DNA from: the human T2T-CHM13v2.0 reference genome, Homo sapiens
Assembly: GCF_009914755.1 (NCBI RefSeq)
Contig: NC_060931.1
Reading direction: 5' to 3' (one strand)
DNA: 64,000 nucleotides
How positions within the stretch are numbered: the stretch's first letter is position 1; every line of letters begins with the position of its first letter. The notes beneath the pieces are model-generated. The model ran no database searches, was not told where the DNA came from, and was given only the letters and a program-made list of their open reading frames with translations. Made by a program: the position numbers and the translations under genes. Shown in pieces: positions 55,401 through 64,000 of this stretch.

Positions 55401-55669
55401 GCTGTTTTCAGATTCCTTTTTAAAAAATTTTTTGACAGTTTACTTATGTCTTGATACATTCTTTTTAGATTGCATCTAATTGGAGACCTTTGATTTCCTT
55501 GTGCCTCGATATTTATATGTTTCCTCAGATTTGGACATTTCTTTTTTGCTATTTCTTTAAATAAGCTTTCTGGCTTTTTTCTTTCTTATTGTTCTTGATA
55601 TCCTATATTTCAAATATTTGCTCTTTAGATGTTGTCCCATAAATTTTGTTAGCATTCTTAGTAGCTTTC

Positions 55670-56197
55670 TGTATGTTTTACGGTTCTCTAGAGGACAGAA
55701 CTAATGGAATATATATATGTATGTATATATATATGTATATGTGTGTATATATGTATATATGTGTGTGTGTGTATATATATCTATATATATATGTGCGTGT
55801 ATATATATGTAAATGGGAGTTTGTCAAGTACTAACTCACATGATCACAAGGTCCCGCAGTAGGCCATCTGCAGGCTGAGGAGCAAGGAGAGCCGGTTCAA
55901 GTTCCAAAACTGAAGAACTTGGAGTCCAATGTTTGAGGCCAGGAAGCACCCAGCATGGGAGAAAGATGTAGGTTGGGATGCTAGGCCAGTCTCTCTTTTC
56001 ACATTTTTTTGCCTGCTTGTATTCTAGCCATGCTAGCAGCTGATTAGATTGTGCCCACCCAGATTAAGGGTGGGTCTGCATTTCCCAGCCAGACTCAGAT
56101 ATTAATCTCTTTTGCCTACACCCTCCCAGAAACACCAAGGATCAATACTTTGCATCCTTCAATCCAATCAAGTTGACACTCAGTATTAACCATCACA
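55670..56197 (-). mobile_element. MLT2A 3' LTR
   Basis: Direct repeat of 61715-62212; preceded on the minus strand by the PPT AAAGGGTGGACT. Confidence 0.92.
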
Positions 56198-56649
56198 AGT
56201 CCACCCTTTGTCAACTTGAACCATTATACATTCCCTGAGATCATACATAATTTTCAATAAAGACAGTGAGGTCATAATTACATCTAATGTAATACAACTA
56301 TCCTTTGTACAACTGGAAACGCATGAATCCCCAACCCACATACTATTACATAAAGTTAGCAATACTTAAATGCTGATGTGAAGTCAATAAATCTTATGTC
56401 ACATGATAAAAGAAAGGAAATAATAAAAATATTTTCTTAGTTCAAGTGTATACATGCACAAACGTGTTTAACAAAAGAAGGAGGAAATACTCATGACAAT
56501 TACAGTCCTCTTTTCTACAGGTGGTCTCGTGTTCGTAGCTGGTATTGATGACTACCTTCTTCTACTACCCATTCTGTATTCCCTTTGCCTTCAGCAAGCA
56601 CCTCTGCAGGTCGTGGGTTTTTTCCTGATGGAGTGACCCAAACCTTTGT

Positions 56650-57010
56650 TCCTGAAGGGTCTGGGTCATTTGTAGTCCTGCCTCAATTGGGCTGTTGTAG
56701 TTTCTCATTGACCTTAATCACAGGACATGGTAATAGTAAGAGATGCCCTAATGGATCTCCTGTATTCCATTCATATTCTTACTTACCTCTGTTGTGGAGT
56801 ACTAGACTGATTTCATCTTGATAGTCCAGGTCAGCCACCCCAGCCAACCCTATAACTTTCTTGTTACCCTGTTGGCTTCAAGGTAGGAGGACCCCAAAGT
56901 GTCCAGGTGGCAATCTTAACTTCCAGTTTAATGGAATCATTGTTGTGTCTCCTGGTGGCAGCATTTCTCCCTTTGGAACTATGGCCTCTAGGCTAGTGGA
57001 ACATAATGTC
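56650..57010 (-). pseudogene. ERVL dUTPase remnant
   Basis: Minus strand encodes VPKGEMLPPGDTTMIPLNWKLRLPPGHFG; located after integrase, as is typical of ERVL. Confidence 0.75.
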
Positions 57011-59900
57011 GCAGGAACAGGAAACTAAAATTTTGCTAGTGGATCACTCCGGGTGAGGGTAAGTGGTGCCACTTACACTTCCACCCCTTGATTCCTGGAC
57101 CCATGAATCCTAGCTATGGGAGAAACAGTACCATATATTAGATGCTGATTCAGAGCATACACAGCCTTCTGGAGAACTTTGCCCCAGCCCTGCAAAGTAT
57201 TGTCACCTAGTTGGCCTTGTAATTGTGACTTCAAAAGGCCATTTCACCGTTCTATCAATCCAGCTGCTTCAGGATGATGGGGAACATGGCAAGACCAGTG
57301 AATTCCATAAGCATGAGTCCACTGCTACACTTCTTTAGCTGTAAAGTGAGTGCCTTGGTCAGAGGCAATGCTGTGTGGAATACCATAACAGTGGATGAGA
57401 CATTCCATGAGTCCATTGGTGTAGTCTTGGCAGAAGCATTGCATCCAGGATAGGCAAACCCATATCCAGAGTAAGTGTAAGCGTCTTTGCCCTTTCCATG
57501 ATGGAAGAGGTCCAATATAATCAATCTGCCACCACGTAGCTGGCTGATCACCCGCAAGGAATGGTGCCATATCGAGGGCTCAGAGTTGGTCTCTGCTGCT
57601 GGCAAACTGGGCACTCAGCAGTGGTTGTCGCCAGGTCAGCCTTGGTGAGTGGAAGTCCATGTTGCTGAGCCCATGCGTAACCTCCATCCCTGCTACCAGG
57701 GCCACTTTGTTCATGGGCCCATTGGGCAATGACAGAGGTGGCTGGGGAAAGAGGCTGAGTGGTGTCCAGAGAACAGGTGATCCTATCCACTTGATTATTA
57801 AAATCCTTCTCTGCTGAGGTCACTCATTGGTGAGCACTCACATGCGATACAAATATCTTCAGTTTTTGACCACTCAGAGAGGTCCATCCACATACCTCTT
57901 CCCTAAATTTCTTTGTGACCAATTTTGCTATCATGCTTCTTCCAAGTCCCTGACCATCCAGCGAAACCAGTGGCTACAGTATATAATCACACATCTTGCC
58001 ATTTCTCCTTCCACGCAAAGTGCGCGACCAGGTGCACTGCTCAAAGTTCTGCTCACTGGGAAGAATTTCCTTCACTGCTGTCTTTGAGGTATGTCCTAGA
58101 AAGGGGCTGTAGTGCTGCAGCTGTCCACTTTCAGGTGGTGCCTGCATATCATGCAGAACCATCTGTGAACCAGGCCCTAGTATTCTCTTCCTCTGTCAAC
58201 TGATCATAGAGAACTCCCCATGAGGCCATTGGTGCAGGCTAGGGGAGAGAAGGCAGGGTGGCAGGAGTGGAGACCAATGGGTATTTGAGCCACTTCGTGA
58301 AACTTACTTGTGCCTTCAGGACCTGTTTGAGCCTGATCATGTATATACAACTTCCATTTGATGATGGAATGCTGCTGTGCACCACCCACTTTATGGCTAG
58401 ATGAGTCAGATAGCACTCAGTTCATGATAGGCAGTTGAGGTCTCATGGTGACTTGATGACCCATAGTCAAATGTTCAGTTTCTACCAAAGCCCAGTAACA
58501 GGCCAAGAGCTGTCTCTCAAAAGGAGAGTAGTTATCTGCAGAAGATGGGAGGGCCTTGCTCCAAAATCCTAGAGGCCTCCCCTGTGATTCACCTATGGGG
58601 GCCTGCCAAATGCTCCAAACAGCATCCCTATCTGCCACTGACACCTCAAGCACCATTGGATCTGCTGGGTCCATATGGCCCAAGTGGCAGAGCAGCTTGC
58701 ACAGAAGCCTGGGCCTGTTGTAGAGCCTTCTCCTGTTCTGGACCCCACTCACAACTGGCAACCTTTCAGGTCACTCAATTAATGGGCTGGAGTAATACAG
58801 CTAAATGAGAAATGCGTTGCCTCCAAAATCCAAATAGGCCCACTAGGCGTTATGCCCCTTTTTTGGTTGTAGGAGGGGCCAAATGGTGCAACTTATCTTT
58901 CACCTTAGAAGAACTATCTCAACAGGCTCCACACCACTGGACCCCTAGAAATTTTACTGAGGTAGAAGTTCCCTGAATTTTAGTTGGATTTATTTCCTAT
59001 CATCTGGCATGCAGATGTCTCACCAATAAGTCGAATGTGTTTGCTACTTCTTACTCATTGGATCCAATCAGCATAATGTCATCAATGTAATGGACTAGTG
59101 TGATATCTTGCAGAAGCAAAAAAGTAGTCAAGGTCCCTCCAAATAAGATTATGTCACAAAGCCAGAGAGTTGATATAGTCCTGAGGTAGTACAGTAAAGG
59201 TATATTGTGGCCTTGCCAGCTGAAGGCAAATGGCTTCTGATGGACCTTATGGACAGGAATGGAGAAAAAGGCATTTGCCAAGTCAATGGCTGCATACCAG
59301 GTACCAAGAGATGTGTTAATTTCCTCAAGAAATGAAACCACATCTGGTACAGCAGCTGCAATTGGAGTCACCACTTGGTTAAGTTTACAATAATCCACTG
59401 TCATTCTCCAAGATCCATCTGTCTTCTGCACAGGACAAATGGGAGAGTTGAATGGGGATGTGATGGGAATCACCACCCCTGCATCTTTCAAGTCCTTGAT
59501 GGTGGCAGCAATCTCTGCAATCCCTTCAGGAATGTGGTGTTGTTTTTGATTTACTATTTTTCTAGGTAAAGGCAGCTCTAATGGCTTCCATTTGGCCTTT
59601 CCCACCATAATAACCCTCACCCTACCAGTCAGGGCACCAATGTTGGGGTTCTGCCAGCTGCTAATTATGCCAATTATGCATTCTGGCGCTTGGAAAATGA
59701 CCACAGGATGAGTTTGGGAACCCTCTGGACCCACTGTAAGTCAGACCTGAGCTAAAACTCCATTAATTACCTGACCTTCATAAGCTCCTGCTTTAACTGG
59801 AGGACCACAATGATGTTTTGGGTCCCCTGGAATCAATGTCAGCTCAGATCCAGTGTCCAGTAGTCCCAGGAATGTCTGATCGTTTCCCTTTCCCCTGTGC
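57010..59900 (-). pseudogene. pol: ERVL pro-pol remnant (protease, RT, RNase H, integrase)
   Basis: LLDTGSEL protease site; SPFNSP..WRMTVDY..IDLANAFFSIP..HYIDDI RT; HEQSGPG..CPVC and WQIDYIGPLP..SDQGTHF integrase; frameshifted. Confidence 0.92.
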
Positions 59901-59999
59901 ACAGTTACCCTAGTAAAAGGCTAGAGGTCACCTTGAGGAAGGATGGGAGAAAGATTCACTGCATAAATTGTCAGTAATGTAGTGGGGTCTTTCTTCAAG

Positions 60000-61655
60000 G
60001 GGACCTGGCCTCCCCTTCACTCAAGGGATTCTGGGTCTGTAAACTGGCTCAAGTCTGGAAATTGAGGGGCCATGATTCTCTGTTTTTATAATTCAAATTA
60101 GTCTTTTGTTCATTTGACCTAGAAGTTTTCTGCTTGTATAAATTAAGTAGGAATGCAGATGGCTTCCTATCAATTTCACTTCTAGGAACACCGTGATTAA
60201 TTAGCCAATGCCAGAGCTCTACATGAGTCAGACTATTTTGATTGCTGCTTTGTCTCTGCCGTCCAGTACAGTACCTATGCCCACCTTGCCTTTGACAGTT
60301 GACTGCTGCCACCTGGCCCCTGCTACCTTAAGATCCAATTATTCCCATTGTATTTAAATTTTGTAGTGGAGTGGCTGTGGTTCCCACCATTATATCTGAC
60401 ATACAGAGAAGAGCAATTGTAGGGCTTTTCAAAGATGCAGGTGCTGACTTCACAAATCTATTTTGCGAGGCATTGATCAAGGGCATATCTTCTGGACCCT
60501 CCCAGCTTGGAGGAATAAGTCTAAAGTGACTAATCCACTCCTCCATTCCAATCTCCCTAAGCTTTTGGATCCCTTTCTCTACATTAAACCAAGGGAGATC
60601 AGGCATTCCCAGCTCATTCACGGTGGGCCATCTTTTAATCCATATTTCAACTAACCAAGAAAATAAACTATTAGAGCCTTGTATAACTCCCGAGCTGCAA
60701 CATTAAATGTAGAGTCCCTGCTTAGTGGGCCCAAATCAATAAATTCATCCTGATGCAACTCTGTGTTCCTTCCACCATTATCCCACACCCTTAACATCCA
60801 TTCCCATGCCTGTTCTCCAGATTTCTGTTTATATAAATTAGAAAACTCAAGCAGTTCTTTTCAAGAATAGTGCATCTCCTCATGGATCATACATGGGGGT
60901 GGCTCCTGAGAAGAATCAATGTTATCTTTCCTAGCAACTGCCTCAGGGGAGGCCATCACTGTTAGGCAGTGTAGGGTTTATCTCCTCAAAGGTGGAAAGG
61001 CTGAGGGCAGCATAGGTTGAGGAGGGGATGTTGTTGCTACTGGGGATGGGGAAGCCATCTCTTCTGACAAAGTTTCATCAGAGTTTACAAACTCAGCATC
61101 CCCAGATTCATTAGGGTCCTCCCACATGTCCCCATTCCAAGTTGCGGGTTCCCATTATTTTCCAATCAATGCACTCACTTTAACAGTAGATACCTGACGA
61201 GGCTGTGCATGCACCTTTGGTTGCAGGTCAGCCAGTCACATAAGACCTTGTTTCTGTTTTTCTACAATTTCAGCTCTTTCTCTACAGGAGATAAGACTCA
61301 CTCATGGCAATCTTAGAAAATTTGAGGCTCAGTATTGGCTTCTAGAGCTGGGAGATAGAATCCCTGAGTGCATCATTTTCTTTCATCACTTTGTTCACTG
61401 AATTTAGGAGCAACCAACCAACTTCATTTTGTTCTTGGTTCTCCACATACAGTCAAAGGTTCTATGTATAGAGTCACTAAACTCCTTGCCTCTTATGAGC
61501 AATGAATCAGGAGTGTGAAAGGCATTTGTTTTGCATAACTCTCTAAAGAGTTCACTCCAATGACTATCAGTGTTCTCCATACTATTAGAAGTAGAGTCCT
61601 TAGCATTTTATGGTCTAATCATATTAAGCATCCAACTCCAGAATCCCCAAAACCA
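60000..61655 (-). pseudogene. gag: ERVL gag remnant
   Basis: PDLPWFNVEKGIQKLREIGMEEWI and LWHWLINHGVPRSEID; contains stops and frameshifts. Confidence 0.85.
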
Positions 61656-61694
61656 ATGAAAGAACTCCTTCCTTAATATTCTGCTCCTCTAGAA

Positions 61695-61709
61695 CCACTC
61701 CTGGTACCA
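61695..61709 (-). promoter_or_regulatory. Primer-binding site (tRNA-Leu)
   Basis: TGGTACCAGGAGTGG a few bases inside the 5' LTR boundary. Confidence 0.85.
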
Positions 61710-61714
61710 AAATC

Positions 61715-61755
61715 TGTATTAGTCAGGGTTCTCTAGAGCGACAGAACTAATGACA

Positions 61756-61816
<61 letters not shown>

Positions 61817-62212
61817 CATGAGTTTATTAAGTATTAACTCATATGATCACAAGGTCCCACAATAGGCCATCTGCAGGTTGAGGAGCAAGGAGAGCAAATT
61901 CAAGGTCCAAAACTGAAGAACTTGGAGTCTGATGTTCAAGGGCAGGGAGCATCCAGCACAGGAGAAAGATGTAGGCTGGGAGGCTAGGCCACTCTCTCTT
62001 TTCACATGTTTTTCTTTGCTTGCTTATATTCTAGCCACGCTGGCAGCTGATTAGATTGTGCCCACTCAGATTAAGAGTGGGTCTGCCTTTCCCAGCCCAC
62101 TGGACTCAGATTTTAATCTCTTTTGGCAATACTCTCTCTCACACACACACCCAGGACGAATACTTTGTATCTTTCAATCCAATCAAGTTGACACTCAGTA
62201 TTAACCATCACA
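61715..62212 (-). mobile_element. MLT2A 5' LTR
   Basis: TGTATTAGTCAGGGTTCTCTAGAG...TTAACCATCACA; internal (TA)n(TG)n. Confidence 0.92.
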
Positions 62213-63714
62213 CTTTTCATTCTTTTTTTTCTTTTGATTGTACATGTTCCAGTAACCTGTCTTCAAGTTAACAGATTTTTTCTTTTGCCTGATCAATGCT
62301 GCTGTCAATACTCTATTGCATTTTAAATTTTATTCATTGTATATTTTTGGCCATAAAATTTATATTTAAAAATTATTTCTATCTCTCTGTTACATTGCTT
62401 GTTTTGGTTGTTTATTGTTTTCTGATTTTGTTAAACTGTTGCTCTGTATTTTCTTAAATAAAGTTTACTAAGTTTCCTTAGAACATTTCGAATTCTTTGT
62501 CTAGCAGTTTTTTTTTAATCTCCATTTCTTTTGGATAAGTTACTGTGAAATTATTGTGTTCTTTTGGTGGTGTTATATCTCCTCTGTTTTTCATGTTTCT
62601 TATTGCTTTATATTGATGTCTATACATTGATGGAGCTATCTCCTCTTCCAGATTGTACAGCTAGTTTTTCTGGAAGATCTTCCCCTACAGGGTTTGTGAG
62701 GGTGCTTCTGGATGAAGTGCAGTGGCTCTGATACGAGGGAGTTCAGCTCTGTAGTCTCTGTACAGCTTTGTCAGCCGAGATTGGTGTTGACAAAGATTGC
62801 AGGTATCCTCAGTGACGGCAATGGTTATTGAGGTCTTCAGAGCTGATGGCTGCTAAGATCCTCTCAATCTCTTTTTCTCCCACTGGAGATGTTTTAGCTA
62901 AGGGGATCACTCTTGGCCTGGGTCTGGCTTGCAGGCCAGTTCATGGTGATGGTGGTATTGCTGTCTGTTGAGTGGCACCCAGGCAGTGGCCACTTACCTG
63001 AGACCTGACACATTAGCATATGTAAAGGACTATAGTTTTGGGATTTGTGATGATAAGAGCACTGGTGCCCAGGACACAGGTACCTCTACTTCTGTTTTGG
63101 TACCAATATGTAAGCAGATGCTTGTGAAGCAGCTGGGGAGCTGAAAATAGAAACACAGGCTTGTACAGAGTTATAGCAGCTCGGGAGTCAGGGTGGGGTC
63201 ACTCTCTTTAGTGGCTGAGCTGAAGCTTGGGGTGCAGGTGCCTCCACTGCCATTTATTGGCAGAAGGAGGGGTGTGCCAATGTCTCCTTCTGTGGATTTC
63301 CTCAGCATGATGGGCTGTTCATTACCTCAGTAGAAAAAAATGCCACTGTCCTCTGCAGAGGAGGCCACTGGGAACCACAGTGGTTCCAGATTTGTGGGTA
63401 ATACCTGTAGCCTTCCCCCTTCTTCTTTGTTTCTAGCTGCCTCCTGGTGTCCTAGGTATGCTGGTCTCACTAGCATACCTAGTACTGGTCTCACTAGTGA
63501 TCCTTTATAAATGGATATTCTCCAGGTTATTTTTTTTGAGGCTTGGGGGAGGGGGAGGGTGGTCCACAGTGTTGCTGCAGCTTCTTTAATGAGCCCTTGA
63601 ACCCTTTTTTAACTACTTATGTTTATGGCTAGCTGTCTATGTTTGTCTTTTGGTGGGAGAATGTAGGCTGGTATATCTTACCATACCATCTTTGTGACAT
63701 CATATCTAAAGTTT

Positions 63715-63825
63715 TAAAAAATTGTTATAACTAAGATTTAAAGAGATTGAGTAATCTGTCTGAGATCTCACAGTGAGTGCTGAAGTAGAATTAAAACCTG
63801 GGCCATATAGTTCTCAAATCACTTT
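63715..63825 (-). mobile_element. MIR, second half
   Basis: AGAGATTGAGTAATCTGTCTGAGATCTCACAG...AGAATTAAAACCTGGG. Confidence 0.55.
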
Positions 63826-64000
63826 TTTTCTTTTAATATTAACTGCATCTTCGGTAATGCACACACCCATTGTCTATCTTTCTAATTGTCTCATGTGGAT
63901 TTTTTTCTTCTCAGATAGCAGATAAAAGTGTATACATAGAAGTGCAGGCTTTTCTATTGATGGATAATTTTCTGAGGTGATATTCTTAGGGAGAACTACA

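Larger units (their letters stand above)
55670..62212 (-). mobile_element. ERVL (HERV-L) provirus with two MLT2A LTRs, defective
   Basis: LTR-PBS-gag-pro-pol-dUTPase-PPT-LTR order, no env; TG..CA termini; 5-bp TSD CTTTC/CTTTT. Confidence 0.93.

Noticed and set aside
59051-59734. 227-aa RT ORF as a functional or domesticated gene
   Set aside because: Partial; drifts out of frame after FSWQG, and the surrounding pol and gag are disrupted

Overview
Primate (human-like) genomic DNA, AT-rich and dominated by interspersed repeats. I find no protein-coding gene, RNA gene or CRISPR array; the longer ORFs trace to decayed L1, ERVL or hAT sequence, Alu, LTR or microsatellite. Main elements: a solo MER52-type LTR (8964-10499); a full-length TSD-bounded L1PA8-like element (+, 15905-22586); a Zaphod/MER115-like hAT remnant (-, ~31500-33349); and a ~22 kb nest (41750-63700). 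In that nest a near-full-length L1MA element splits a MIR and itself hosts a full-length L1PB (-), a two-LTR ERVL/MLT2A provirus (-) and several Alus. The most unusual observation is that the L1PA and L1PB elements, inverted and ~20 kb apart, have exchanged sequence. Both carry the same L1PA|L1PB chimeric junction, forming a ~2.4 kb inverted duplication, yet both keep their outer TSDs. One plausible spliced exon (-, 27494-27615) lies in unique sequence. Subfamily names come from recalled consensus sequences, not a database search, and boundaries of old repeats are approximate.
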